Below, in pieces: positions 38,804 through 52,397 of a stretch of DNA of 64,000 nucleotides; within the stretch, counting starts at the first letter, position 1, and each line of letters opens with the position of its first letter. The notes under the pieces were generated by a model, which saw nothing but the letters and a program-made list of their open reading frames with translations, was not told the DNA's origin and did no database searches. The translations under genes were made by a program, and so were the position numbers. The stretch lies in NCBI GenBank assembly GCA_012295275.1, contig CM022665.1:10354001-10418000 (forward strand), in the 5' to 3' direction. This stretch comes from Chrysomallon squamiferum (Eukaryota; Animalia; Mollusca).

Positions 38804-39405
38804 TCAGTCATGTAGAGTTTACAGTTTTGTTGGCTTCTTTTTAAAAAATATGGTCATGGGTTTCAACAGGACACGCTACCGCTTAAACATAATATAAGTA
38901 ATCCTTTAAAGTAGCACTGTAGAAAATACGAATATTTATGTATAAATAGCTTATTCATCTAGCGATAAAAGTTAGAAAGTCTTAATTAAAACGTGTAGCT
39001 CATTCAGACTTCTGTGCCTTTTTGTTATTGCTTTCTTGCTGCCATTTCACATTACAAAACATCGTCAGCTATTAAATGGTAACATTGCTAATTATTAAAT
39101 TAAAAATAAAAATGATCTCCGTTATCTTTTATACATACACACGTACGCACGCACGCACACACACACACACATACACATTGATAAGATGATTGGAAAACTT
39201 ACGTGGGTTTTCATTTCGTCGTTTTCGTATTATTTTCTATCCAAAAGTATTACCTTACCGAAGAAAGGATTTTGATTAATCTTTATACACGTAAAATCTT
39301 TTAAATTAACAAAACACACATACGCATACACAACAGAGAGACATGTACACATATTACACATACCACTATTATGTACCCACCTTCATACTGTACATGATAA
39401 CGTAT

Positions 39406-39491
<86 letters not shown>

Positions 39492-39960
39492 AACGCGTCC
39501 TTGCAGCGCAACACAATTGCCTGTTGACAGATAACATCATAAACAAATAAGAAAGGGTTGTCCAGCTATCAGTGTGTACACTGGAATGTTGTAAATCACA
39601 TCACAGCTTGGGAACAGACTTGAATTTGTGGAACTTGGAAATAATCCTTGTTGTTGAAAACTCTAACCTCAGTCATGTTATCATAATAATAATAATAATT
39701 TTTTGCTGAAATTCTTGCTAATGGAAAAAAAGAAATAATTCTGTACAAAGAGACAATTTATTAACCCCTGTATCCCTTACTCATTCGTACACACGCACAT
39801 GCATAATTATATGCACAAAGACACACATACTCTAAAAAAACCAAAAAAACCCATACACACAACGAGTTACACCGAACAGACACACGGGGATGCATTTCGA
39901 CAGATGCACGCGACATTCACCTTCCCCTCCCCACTATTCACCCCCCCCCCTCCCGGGGTC

Positions 39961-40384
39961 AGCCACAACGCTAACCTCTGCGGTTCAGTGGCTAGTGTAG
40001 ACACATGACAGACAGCAACATGTATTGTAGTGTCTTGTACATCCATGTCTGTCACGCACCAGCTCGCGCACATTCCATCCCCGCGAACGCGCGGACAGCG
40101 GTCGTGTAGCAAGGCAGAAAAGTGTCCAATTAGCAGTGTTCTGCACTTTCTGCTGGGGGTTAAGGACGTCTCGCCGAAAATGAACGACCGTATCGTTTTC
40201 GACACCCGCAGCTTCTCGGACGGCGGTCACTGACATGCGTCATACTTACTTAAGCGAATTCCATGTCCGATGCATCGCTGTGACATGCCTCTGCGGGTCT
40301 GTCGAGGTTTGTGTGTCACGTTGTACATGAACTGCTCCACGCATTCATCATATCTAGACAGCAGAAGGGATTAAGAGATGTGTC
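39961..40384 (+). ncRNA. GC-rich multibranch domain
   Basis: GACACAT 40000-40006 / ATGTGTC 40378-40384; TGACAGACA 40006-40014 / TGTCTGTCA 40046-40054; CGGTCGT 40099-40105 / ACGACCG 40184-40190; TCGACA-CCCGCAG 40199-40211 / CTGCGGG..TGTCGA 40291-40305. Confidence 0.6.
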
Positions 40385-41499
40385 AAAACGTATGTTGTCT
40401 CTGCTAAGTACGTTCGACTTTTCTCTCTTTCTCGGTTTTATGTAAGTGGGCATGTAAAATATGTTGTCGTGGTTACAGATTTATTTCTTCTCCTTCGTCT
40501 TTTATTTTTTTTATTTTTTTTTATTATATATTATTTCATATTATGAATTAGTTATATGGATGTCAAAACTGAGAAGAATGAATGGATTTTTTTTTTTTTT
40601 GGTTCAGTGACATTTGAACACAGTCCAATTATAATTTCGTATTTAAAAACAATAATAATAAATAAATAAAAAAATAACATGTAAAAATGCATGTCTGTAT
40701 ACGTATTTTATTATATTTGTAATGATAATATTTGAGAATTTTTTACTGAAGTCATGCAATGGGTTATTTTTAACGATCAGTGGTAAAAAATCTTTAGTAT
40801 TTACCTTCCTATATACAGGAAAAAAGAAAGAAAAACATAGTAGGACCTGTAATAAATCAGTTGTGGGACAATGGCTGGAATTGAAAATAGCTCCATTCAG
40901 GTATCCAAGGCGGACAACATTTCAGTCGAGTGTTTTAAAAACTGAGTTTGAATTCAATCCATGTACATTTCTCACGTAGGTGTACAAAATAGTTCAGATA
41001 AAATATTGATAAATACACTTACTCTGTTAAAAATTTGTAACGTATGTGTATGTGTGTGTGTACATACTTACATATACATAGTCACCTCTGACTCATACAG
41101 ATACATACATGTGTGTACTATTTACGGATTTATGTATAAAAGTATGTGTGTATGTACGTGCGTTCGTGCGCGTGTTTGTGTAACTTTGTTTGTTCATTTG
41201 TATATATGCGGTGACCTTTTTAACACTATTCACGGTATGAAATAACTGGCATATCTGTGTCTGAATACACTGCTTAGAACAAAATCAGGATGCAATTAAT
41301 ACATCTACCTACACGTCAAAAACCTTTTACTGCACATAAAACAGTATAAAATTATTTATTTATTACAAAGTGATTATTACTTAAGCTAGGAAAACAGCTC
41401 AAGGTTTTTGGTGGGAAGTTTGTATAATGTATCTGTTGTTCACACAATTAATTATACAAAAAAGAAAATATTTAAATGAAACTGATGAGAATTCTAACA

Positions 41500-42133
41500 T
41501 ATCTGACACCGTTGCCCTGACGTTCAACTCAGTGTTTGTCCTATCACGACGTCGTGGCTGTAGTCATCAGTCACGAGTTTTGTAGACACTGACGTTGACG
41601 GGAACATAGGATGTACGATTTGTGAAAAGGAGAACGCGGAAAATATGATGAAAAATACAGGTGTGTGTGTGTGTGTGTGTGCGTTTGTGTCAGTGTATGT
41701 ATGTGTGTGTATGAATGTATATGTATGTATGTATGTATGTATATATGTATGTATGTATGAATGCATGTATGTATGTATGTATGTATATATGTATGAATGC
41801 ATGTGTGTATGTAAGTGTGTATATATGTATATATGTATGTATTTGTAGGTGGAGAGAGAGGAAGATTTGTAATTATGTGAATATATATAGACTCTATAAC
41901 ATCCTCTATCTTTGTTTCATCAACAGTCATTTTCCCACACATTTCAGTACTCACCTCGTGCTGGATGTTTAGTGATTCAATTAACAGAGGGATGAATGTT
42001 TGGACAATTCAAACCAATTAATCTCCTGGGGACTAATAAATAAAGCGTGATGGTCAGCAGCTGTTAATTGTGTTTATTTCAATAATGACCATGTCCGTGG
42101 CTGGGCATGCAGAGAGAACTGGGGTAACAGATA
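41500..42133 (+). ncRNA. Structured domain apparently split by a ~190-nt (TG/TATG)n tract
   Basis: TCAGTGTTTG 41529-41538 / TAGACACTGA 41583-41592; TCGTGGCTG 41552-41560 / CAGTCACGA 41568-41576; CAATTAACAG 41978-41987 / CTGTTAATTG 42061-42070; short candidate closing pairs TATCTG / CAGATA and TGCCC / GGGCA. Confidence 0.45.
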
Positions 42134-42223
42134 CGTCCCTGTTTCTGTTATATCAGCGTGTTCTCCGATGTAACCATTGGAAACATGTCAAGAGCTCTGC
42201 ATCACGTACATAGTTATTATTGT

Positions 42224-42400
42224 TCGGTGTTAAAACCCTAGCCTAAAGAGTTACGTACGGGCCGATGGATCGATCCTCATCGGATTAGTTGATTGGTATA
42301 TTCAAAAGCCATTGGTATTTTCCAGCTTATGGGTAGGTACATATTTAAAACATAATTGGTGATGAGGTCGTGAAATGGCGTCAATAGGTTTCCTGTTTCG
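42224..42400 (+). mobile_element. Decayed tRNA-derived SINE copy
   Basis: B-box-like GGATCGATCC, then GATTGGTATATTCAAAAGCCATTGGTAT and GGTTTCCT, colinear with the - strand copy at ~43387-43657. Confidence 0.5.
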
Positions 42401-42477
42401 TGTGAACATAATGTTTTATTGTGTTGTGTTGTATTATAATTATATTGTAATCTACTACATCATGTTTATACTAGACT

Positions 42478-43072
42478 ATGCTATACTAAACTACTCTACT
42501 CTACACTACACAATACACTATACGACACAACCCAACACAACACTACACTACACTACATTACACTACGCTACACTACACTAAACTATACTACACTACACAA
42601 TATTGCACTAAATTACATTACACCACACTTCACTACTTTACACTACACTACTCTGCTCTACTCAACACAACACTGCACAACACTATACTATACTACACAA
42701 TATTACACTACATTACACTACACCACACTACGCTATGCAACACACTACACTATTCTACTCTACACAACACTACACTATACTACACAATATTACACTACAT
42801 TACACTACACCACACTACACTAAACTCACTATACTACACACTACACTACACTATACAACACTAAACCTCACTCACTATACTACACAATATTACACGACAT
42901 TATATTACACCACACTACACTATATAACACTACACTATACTACACACTACACTACCCCACACTACTCTACCCCACACTACACTACACTACATTACACTAC
43001 TCCATACAACACAACACTACACTACACTAAAATACACTACATAATATTACCACACATTACACTGCATTACAT
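42478..43072. repeat. Degenerate (ACTAC)n pentanucleotide array, ~600 bp
   Basis: ACTAC/ACTAT/ATTAC units; gives the HYTTL pseudo-ORF. Confidence 0.95.
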
Positions 43073-43386
43073 CATGTAAAGATGGATACGAAAATTGTTT
43101 TGCTTTTAACAGATGAGTAGCGCACATAGCGACATCAGCGGGAATCTCATTTCCTATATCATCATAAAACAATAACCGCTAAGATCTAAAACACGTTCAA
43201 GTGTTGCTAAGCTTTTACTAATACGTCTGAACTCACCCACACATTCCTAAACAACGTGACTGAGTTTAATTGCAATATTTTACTTCAGTAATTATGTACA
43301 TAATATATGCACCATTTAATGAAGAAGGTTCATGCGTAAAGCAGAAACAAATATACGTTATTTAATAAATGAATGAGTGATCATGA

Positions 43387-43657
43387 GTTTAATGACGCTA
43401 GTGTATTTATTTATATTTACGATCATTAGAATGGATGTCGAACGTATGATTTTTACATTGACAGTATGAGAGTGGAAACAGTTAGAATACTAGATCAGTT
43501 TACTAATTAAATTAGACGGGCTTCACACAGACACAAAAGCACATACCACGACATCTGATGCTGCAGTCGTGGAGCAGTTGTTGGAACGGGAACGTTATAT
43601 ATTGAGGATGATTGGTTTTACGACCATTCCTCATCAAGTGAGCATTTTGTCACTGAT
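43387..43657 (-). mobile_element. Near full-length decayed tRNA-derived SINE
   Basis: The - strand begins TCAGTGACAAAATGCTCACTTGATG (tRNA-head-like). Internal ACATACCACG..CAGTCGTGGAGCA..TGGAACGGGAA matches the fragments at ~53370 and ~20510. Resembles from memory a gastropod SINE family (not database-verified). Confidence 0.6.
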
Positions 43658-43973
43658 CTCCAATCAGCTCACCAAATTCATACTAAAACTTTATTATTTA
43701 TATAAAGTATTATTCCGTTATATTACAGATTTAATTGTACTGAATTTACATTTTATATGTTATGAACAAAATGGTTCTGTATGATAGAAGTATTAAATTT
43801 ATTCTTTGAATACCTACAAAATCCTTTATTATTATTATTATTATTGTTGTTGTTGTTGTTGTTGTTATTATTTAGATTTTTATTAATTAAGTACATCTAT
43901 GACAGAAAAATTAACACAGAAATTTAAAAAATGTGTTAATATTGTAACTGTACATGGAAATACGTTATTCAAA

Positions 43974-43999
43974 TATTATTATTATTACTATTATTATTA

Positions 44000-44031
<32 letters not shown>

Positions 44032-44047
44032 GTTATCATCATCATCA

Positions 44048-44124
<77 letters not shown>
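43974..44124. repeat. (ATT)n/(ATC)n microsatellite
   Basis: Direct reading. Confidence 0.95.
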
Positions 44125-44127
<3 letters not shown>

Positions 44128-44226
44128 AGTTAAAAACTCTTTAATCAAAATTAGCTTAACAGCTGTCGAAGCTTCATCAAAAAAACCACCAAAAATCCCC
44201 GATGAACTGATATGAAAGGTGCAGCA

Positions 44227-44553
44227 GAGAAATCATCTGGCAATGATAAGACCACCACCATGTCGAGAATCTGTTTAGTCTTGCAGCAGAAGAAGAACAC
44301 GCAGCAAAACCACAGCATGTCCGCACAGCTGAATGCTTTTGTTTTTTATTCGAGTGACACCAGCGGCAACGGTTTTTTTTTTTTGGTTTTTTTTTTTTGT
44401 GCTAACTTTACAAACATACCTGGGAGTGTGTTTAACATAAACAGATGTCAGAAAACACAGGGCTGGACTGCTCACTGTCAGTGTCAGAATCTTGCTGACA
44501 GCTCTGTAAGTGATGTGTCTTGCAGATTCACGCTGAGCAAGATGAAGTTTCTC
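44227..44553 (+). ncRNA. ~330-nt multibranch domain
   Basis: GAGAAATCATCT 44227-44238 / AGATGAAGTTTCTC 44540-44553; ATCTGTTTA 44269-44277 / TAAACAGAT 44438-44446; ACAGGGCTG 44457-44465 / CAGCTCTGT 44499-44507; AAACATAC / GTGTGTTT. Confidence 0.55.
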
Positions 44554-45449
44554 ATCTGGAATTTTTAAAATCACATTTTTTTGTAAAAAAAAATTAATAT
44601 GTATATATTTATCGCATATACAAAAAGGTTTACACAAAGATCAACTGTAGCTTTTGTTTCACTCCAAACCCGGCAGCGATAAAAATGTTCTTCCAAAAAA
44701 AAAAACATCAACATGTTGAAGAAGAAAAAAAACACTCTTTTATAACTGATATCGGAGACTCGGACTTAAACGAAGTAAAACCAGACACAGAGGCCAAAAA
44801 AAAACAAATGTGGATTTAGTTATGTTTAGTTGTCTTGGGATCTATTATACATGATGCGTCCAAGGACCCCCACTGCGTCAAGAATTTCAAATTCTTCGTT
44901 TGTAGTTTAATAATTTAACCTGTAAATTTAAGTTTCACCGTATTTTCTACAGACTGACATAATTATTTGTTTATTTTGTAAACACCCTTGCTCGATGCAA
45001 TGACAGATAAATCGAAACGGATTGCTCTGTTAGTTCCATTAAACATTATCTAAAAAGCCAGATCCATTTGTGAAATGTTGAAATGTATTGAAATAGTAGT
45101 AGTAATAGTAATAATAGTAGTAGTAGTAGTAGTAGTAGTAATAGTAGTAGTGATAGTAACAGTAATATTAATAACAGTAATAAATGTTCATATGTGACTT
45201 GATATTTTATTGTTGTTGTTATTATTGTTTTTGTTCTTTTTCTACTTCTTGTTCTTTTCTCTTCTTCTACGTTGTTGTGTTATTCTTATTCCTCCTCTTA
45301 TTATTATTGCTATTGTTGTTGTTGTTGTTGTTGTTACTACTGATGTTGCTTCTTTTGCTGCTATCATTGATTTTGTTCTTGTTTCATAAATGAACCCCAG
45401 AATAATTTTATGTACTTTCGGCCATAATATGCTTCTGCTGCTGCTGCTG

Positions 45450-45511
<62 letters not shown>

Positions 45512-45936
45512 ACTACTACTGACATCATCGGAAATCATCAGATTCTTTATAAGACCACCTTTTGTTTTCATTTTCTGGATTCTGTTTTTTTTTTTTAACT
45601 GTAACACTCATTAGTATTAATCACAATACCTGCGACGTATAACGAACGACATGATACTACAAGAGGATAAGTCTCGGAAAGGAACGCAGAATTCACGCTA
45701 CTAGCATCTATTCAAAGAATTCATATAATTTGTTCTTTAACCCAAAACGTATTTCATTATTCGGTGGTCATGCATAAGAGACACTCGCCGTAAGAGAACA
45801 CAATATTGCAAGATTATGGGACGTGACATTTCATTTAACAAAAAGCAATTCCATCTAGTAACGCATACAAGAGAACTGAAGGGTAAGCTCGAATTAACAC
45901 ACAGATGTAAAGTAAGCAGGGTGTATGTATATACAG

Positions 45937-46490
45937 TAGCAGGGCGTTATGATCAAGGAATGTGACACTGGAATGTATGGAATTGAGAGAAAAAATAATA
46001 GATAACGCAACAGAAACATGCGATCTGTATGCCGCGCACGATGAGAAACGCCACGTGCTGAAACCAACACGTGCAGATAAGCCTGTCAGCGCGAGATATA
46101 TCAGCAGGTTATTCTGCTATCTTAGACACGTTTTCATGTTTTAAATCATAATGTGCGTGCTATTTGCTGATCTTATAAATCTGGCAGTGTTCTGTAAATG
46201 ATCGGCTTATGCTCTGGAAGATTTCTTTTCAGTGCAAATATGTCACAGGACAAAGAAAAAAAATCTATCTACTGATAAATCCTGCATCAGAATAAATTCT
46301 CAACACAGCAGACTTTCTTAGTACAGTTGTTAAAATGCTTTATATTTATACTTATTGGACTCGAGACCCTTTGCTTCTCTGATGTTTGTCCAGAATGGTT
46401 GTACGATGACAGCACGATAACGGTTAAAATATCGCTGGTTAACTTTATGTGCAGACAACATGTCCACAGACACTAATATCAGGTCTGTGG
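45937..46490 (+). ncRNA. Structured domains
   Basis: GCGTTATGAT 45944-45953 / ATCATAATGT 46145-46154; GCAGA..CCTG / CAGG..TCTGC; CCACAGAC 46464-46471 / GTCTGTGG 46483-46490. Confidence 0.45.
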
Positions 46491-46519
46491 TCAAAATGTC
46501 AACATTTCGTATGTTTCGA

Positions 46520-46568
<49 letters not shown>

Positions 46569-47935
46569 GTAAATAATAATAATAAAACAAATAAATAAAT
46601 ACAAATGCTTATTCAGTCAACTAATGTGAATTCGGTTTCTTGACTTTTTTAATTGTTTTTATCTTTTGTTTTATTAGACTTTCTTTTCTTTTCTTTTCTT
46701 TGTTTTGCATTAATTTGAATAGACTGGGGGGTTGCAACAGATTTTTCACCAAACCATATTTATTATAATTTCAGTGAAACATAATATACGTATTAAAAAA
46801 AAATAATAATAAAAAAATAATTTTTTTTGCTGAAAATCTTCACAAAATCTACTGTTTTTCATGTACTCTTTTTTCTCTCTCTTTTTCTATTTCTCAAAAT
46901 AACACGTTTTTCACACCCAGGCGTAATAGATCAATATGCCTGCTAAAGTGTGATAAATAAAATCTACTTTTAAGACACAATTACACAAACCAATTACAAG
47001 TTGCCAGCTGCCACTGCAGTTATTAATCGTTTATTATTGAATACTGCTTGTGGTGTATTCTAACACGTTTACTAGTTTAGTCCCTAATAAATATTCAATT
47101 CTGTGAAATCCCAGTAATTTAAACAGTGATCTTTTAAACAACATTTAAAAAAAAAAATGTATTTATTAATTTTAAATCATGTGAAATTTTACCAAAACAT
47201 CTTTAATCGTACCGGTCAGATAGTTACAATGACTGAAAATAAATAAATAAATAAATGAATGAATAAATTCCAAGCAATAAACGATAGCCATCTTGAAAAA
47301 TGGCCGCCTTGTTTGATATTTCGAGTGGGTAACAACAAAAACTACTGTTCGTCCGTTGTAACTACTACTACTACTACTATTAGTTTTGCAAAAACAACAA
47401 CTACTACCACTTCTACTACTGCTACTGCTACTACTGGTGCTATTACTACTACTACTACTACCACTACTACTACTACTACTACTAATAATAATAATAACAA
47501 TAACAATAATAAATCACTCTTGTTAGCTGCAAGTGAAATTGTTTTAAGAATTTGGTTCGTATGAAAGCACCTTTACAGACCGATCGAGATCTGGTGGGTT
47601 TTTTTTTTTGTGTGTTTTATCTGTCTTTGTCAAAAAGGTGTTGACAGATTGTAAAAACATAAAACCTGAAGAATCACACGCCAGTCGTAATTTCTAGGTC
47701 GTAAGATTATGTTTTCTTAAATATATTGTATATCTGTTGTTGTAAGGGATATTTTTTGTATTAACTGATCATTTGTTTTTGTTTGTTTGTTCTTCATGGT
47801 TCTAAAATAAATTTTGTTATATAATGTAAAATAAAATCTTTTAAACTTAAATATATTTTAAATGAATTGTAAAAGATATTCTGAATTATTGCTTATTTGT
47901 TTTTCGTGTTTTTAGAGCTTTTTTTTTTTTTTCTA

Positions 47936-48001
<66 letters not shown>

Positions 48002-48400
48002 CCTGGTTTTATTTTATTTTATTTATTTATTTTGTTTATTTCTTTGTTATTAATCCTTCACAAAATAGTTTCAACTTCTTTTCAAAAAATATAGATGAAA
48101 ACGAAAAAACGAAAAAAAAAAGAGAATATGAAAAATATAATCAGAGGCTTTTGTTACAATTTTCTTTGATTTACTTTAATCCCTAATCCCCAGTTTCCCA
48201 AACACGTAGGTAATCTTTAAAATAAATAAACTGTTTCCAATTTACAAGTACCTCCGTACCGAAAAATACTTTGCCGATTTTAAAATTTCTCCTAACCCAT
48301 TGAACGAAAATCCCAGTTAAATTTTCAACTTTTATTCACTGGGAAGAAAAAAAAAGAATGATAAAAGAAAGAAAAGAATACAAAAAAAAAGACATTATAC

Positions 48401-48929
48401 TCTGACCAGTCACTGGCATCAGTGTGAGATATTTAGCGTCCAGTATCCATTATTACAAAACGTCTAATGTCTGAAGGGTTTAAAACCGGCATCGGATGCA
48501 CAGTCACGTTTAACACACGAGGTGGGTAGAGGCGAAGTTCTTCGTTAGACCGGCATTAGTATGCACGACGTGGGCCTCGTCATGCCAGTGCACGACATAG
48601 ACAATAGCTTAATTGATATATTGCTGTATGAATGCGTGTCGTGGTTTCCTAATATGAATTTTGACAAATTAAAGCCCCGCATTGCGAAAACGGACTGCTA
48701 CCTGTACGATTATGAGAATCTGTGACCCGCCACCTGGATTTCAACACTTTCCAGTTTACCTTTGGTTTCGCTTTGTGACGGCGAGGTGTAATTAAAAACG
48801 TGTCAAAGCCAAATGGTCGCTGTGACGTAACGCGGTAGTCGTTCTGCAAAGGTTAACAAACGCGTTGATTCGTTTTCTTGTGTAACAAAAACAACTGCTA
48901 TAATATTATAGAGGCATTGTACGGTCAGA
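48401..48929 (+). ncRNA. ~530-nt multibranch domain
   Basis: TCTGACC 48401-48407 / GGTCAGA 48923-48929; CACTGGCAT 48411-48419 / ATGCCAGTG 48582-48590, directly abutting CACGACAT 48591-48598 / GTGTCGTG 48636-48643; ACGAGG / CCTCGT; AACG-GACTGCT / GGTAGTC-GTT. Confidence 0.6.
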
Positions 48930-49700
48930 ACCATTCGTGCTATGAAATAAGCAATAACTCTTTTAATAATAAGTAATAAACGTGTGATTTCTAATGTAGG
49001 AATGTGTTTAATTAAATAGAAGTAAGTAGAAAAGGGAAATTCAGAACACACCAAGAAATTCCACCCAGCCATTTATTCGTTCTCCCATCCATCCACTGGT
49101 TTGTCCGTAACTCCGCACATCTAGCTATTCATCCGTCTATCTGTTTATCTTCTATCTTCCATCCATCTTATCCATCTATCTCTCCATCAATCTATCTCTC
49201 TGTCTCTCTCTGGCTACCTATATTTGTGTCTGTTTGTCTATATATATATACGTATCTGTCCATCCATCCATCCGTCTGTTTATCTATTTTCATTTTAATT
49301 TTTTAAATTTTTCTAACCATCAGTCTATTCATTTATTTTTCTGTTGTCAATAGATAAACTTTAACTCTAATAATTGCTAAAATGGATATCATTTTCATCA
49401 CGTAGAATAATATAATTTTCTGGTGCATTTTTCGTAATCATAATAGAAACAGTTTTAAAAACAGTATCTTTCTTACAATACTGTGTTTATCTTCTAATAC
49501 ATAATTTTGCAAATAAAATTATGCTTATATCACTATAGAACAAAACTACGTTTTTTCCTGTTGTACTATGTTAATTTTATTTCTGAAAATGATCATTAAA
49601 GTATATAGGACAATGTATATTGTTTAAATAGTAGAAACAGTGTTTTAATTAACAGGGGAAAATAATAATAATAATAATAAAGTCATACATCACTGCAAAG

Positions 49701-50317
49701 GACAATGTTTGCTTTACAATGTATGCTTTAATCTCTAAAAAATTCTACGGTAAATGTACATTGTCATCAACGAGGATCTTCTAATAACGAGATGTCTGAC
49801 AACTGCAACAATAGGAGGAAAAAATCTGTAGAAAAACGTCTATAGTCTCATCCTTTTCATGGCTGCAACACGTGGCTTGACCTCACGACAAAATACATCG
49901 GCTACAAGTCACACATTTTAGCAATGTTTTACAATAGCCTGCTCTTCAAATACTGCATCTTCCTGAACGCCGCATTATCTATTATCAAGACCGAAGCCCA
50001 GTTTTGTCAGAGAATACTGTAGAACAGAAGGAGAAAAATATCTCAACACGCCCCTCAAACACTCTAATCTGCAAGTTATCTCTTCTATATTCGCCTTCCA
50101 TTGATCGGCAAAATTAAATTATTTGATCTTAGACAGTCCGCTCAATGCGACGGTTTGACACCGCCTTGTGAAGAATGCAAAAATTCACCTGTGAACACCT
50201 GGGTTATTAATTGCTTTGAATTTAAATTTTGTAGTAATCCCGTGACAAATTGCAAATGAATGCCTGTTGAACACGTAGATGTTTGCCAAGACTCTTCACT
50301 GTTGAATAGACTCGGGT
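49701..50317 (+). ncRNA. Run of structured domains
   Basis: GACAATGT 49701-49708 / ACATTGTC 49758-49765; GTGGCTTG 49872-49879 / CAAGTCAC 49905-49912; TGCAT-CTTC / GAAG-A-ATGCA; CCTGGGTT / GACTCGGG. Confidence 0.4.
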
Positions 50318-50369
50318 TTCTCCGTTGTCCGTGTTTGTTTATTTATTTGCTCTTTCTATTCGGCCTGTT

Positions 50370-51233
50370 CGTTACGGTACCACGTCTCTCTTGCCCATTT
50401 AAAACCAATGCTACGCAGACTTACTGAGCTTTACTGAAAATTATTATTATTATTATTATTTTTTTTTTTTTTTTTACCGTAACAGATCTGCCTCCCCAGT
50501 GCAACGGCGACGTTAGCTTTATTGAACAGAAATAATTTTAGTATGGAATTACGACTGTCCGTTTAGGCCATTGTTATGCAGACTCACTGAAGGTTTGCTG
50601 AAGGGTTTTTGCGTGTTTTTTTTTTTTTTCAACCGAATCTAGTCTGCCTTGAGAAAAACAACGCTGACCTAGCTTCATTCTTTAACTTTAGAAAACTTAC
50701 CAGTTTTATGTTAATATTTTTAATTCGAAGACAGAGGCTTATTGATTTTACCGTTTTAAATCTGCATCAGCATATTTTGATTTTTACTTTACTCAGCAGA
50801 TTTTGCAGTATTATAGTAATACAAGAATGACTGTACTGTAATAGATCTGCCTCCTGGAATGAACATGCAGACACAGTGAGGTTTACTGAACACGAAGATT
50901 TTAATATGGTAAACATGTCTAGCTATTAAAACCTATGCTTTGCATCATTTACCAAAATATTATTTTAGTGATATATCAGTCTCTTGTTACGACAAATGCT
51001 CCGCAGAGAATGGGGTTTACAGAAACAGAAAACTAAGCTGTAACATTTTACAACTGTACACAGCCTCTTCATTTGACCAGTGCTCTGTAGACTTGTTGAG
51101 GTTCATACAATAATAAAATGTTTACGGTAATAGTATGTATGCCTTCTAAATGTCAGACACATATAGCAAGGTTCATCCACCTTTTCTGTAATAATTCTTT
51201 TTTAAGATAATGCCTGCTAAGACCAATTACCAG

Positions 51234-51264
<31 letters not shown>

Positions 51265-51395
51265 CTTATTTATTTTTTTACGGTAATACGTCTGTTTCCT
51301 AAATACTCATCAAACGTTATGTGGTTTGCTCGTCTCTGTGTGTGGTCTTTTTAAAATTAGTACTACTGAGGTTTACTGAAAAAGAAGATTCCTTT
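50370..51395. repeat. Ancient, highly diverged tandem repeat (~70-85-bp unit)
   Basis: GCAGAC.(A/T)CTGAG(G/C)TTTACTGAA-like motif at ~50416, 50578, 50867, 51087 and 51361; TAC.GTAA.AGATCTGCCTCC at ~50476 and 50834, degenerate at 51122 and 51279. Confidence 0.7.
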
Positions 51396-51470
51396 TTTTT
51401 CAATCTTTTTTATCTTTTTTTTTTTTTTTTTTTTTTTTGTACCAAATAATAATGAGCAGGGACGAGGTCC

Positions 51471-51842
51471 ACGTAGATAAACTTTTTATCAAGCCTTCTG
51501 ACAGTTATACCTTTATACCACACTAAACGTTATTTATCGCCGTTGATAAAAACCTCTCTCGATGGATCCTTTCAGTTATTTGCAGAAGCAGTTAGTTCTA
51601 CGTCGCTGATAAATAACAGCCTTAGGAATGTTCTCTACTGTTTGTGATTCAGATGCCTCTGAACAAACCGTAATATAATTACAAGTCCTAACACAAAACA
51701 GAAACACAGCACACTTACAGTTGTCTGTAAGATATTGTTTTGTCGTGTAATTAGCAACTTGGAGCAGAATTCCTGGTGCATTGGTTAACTCGTTGTGTTT
51801 ATGACTGGTAAATACCCGAGTTACAGCTTGATACCTGCTTCT
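51471..51842 (+). ncRNA. Structured domains
   Basis: ACGTAGA 51471-51477 / TCTACGT 51597-51603; TTTTTATCAA 51483-51492 / TTGATAAAAA 51543-51552; GGAGCAG / CTGCTTC with inner TAACTCG / CGAGTTA. Confidence 0.45.
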
Positions 51843-51966
51843 GTTAATTAATAGTATTATTATTCGTGGAAGTGTGGGCGTGATCACTGCTATTTCTGTT
51901 CTCATTATTTAATCTTCCAGCATATGTGTCTTAATTAGAAAACTACAATTTCTTTAGTAGACAGCC

Positions 51967-52017
<51 letters not shown>

Positions 52018-52235
52018 GAGTGACACATACACACATAATGTATATTGATATATATATATATGTGTGTGTACGTATGAACGCATGTATGTGTATGTGTGTG
52101 TGTGTGTGTAAGTGTGTATGTATGTATGTATGTATGTATGTGTGTGTATGTGTATGTATGTATGTGTATGTGTATGTGTATGTATATGTGTATGTTTGTA
52201 TGTGATTAATGCATATCCTGGAATGCTTGAAATAA

Positions 52236-52302
<67 letters not shown>

Positions 52303-52397
52303 GAAAATAACTAAACTTTTCAGAAGAGGGGAAAACGTTTATGTAATGAAAAAAAAACAACGAAAAAAAAAGCTACAACATAAATTCTGACTCGACT

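Noticed and set aside
42735-43079. His/Tyr/Thr-rich 114-aa ORF
   Set aside because: Translation of the (ACTAC)n pentamer array.
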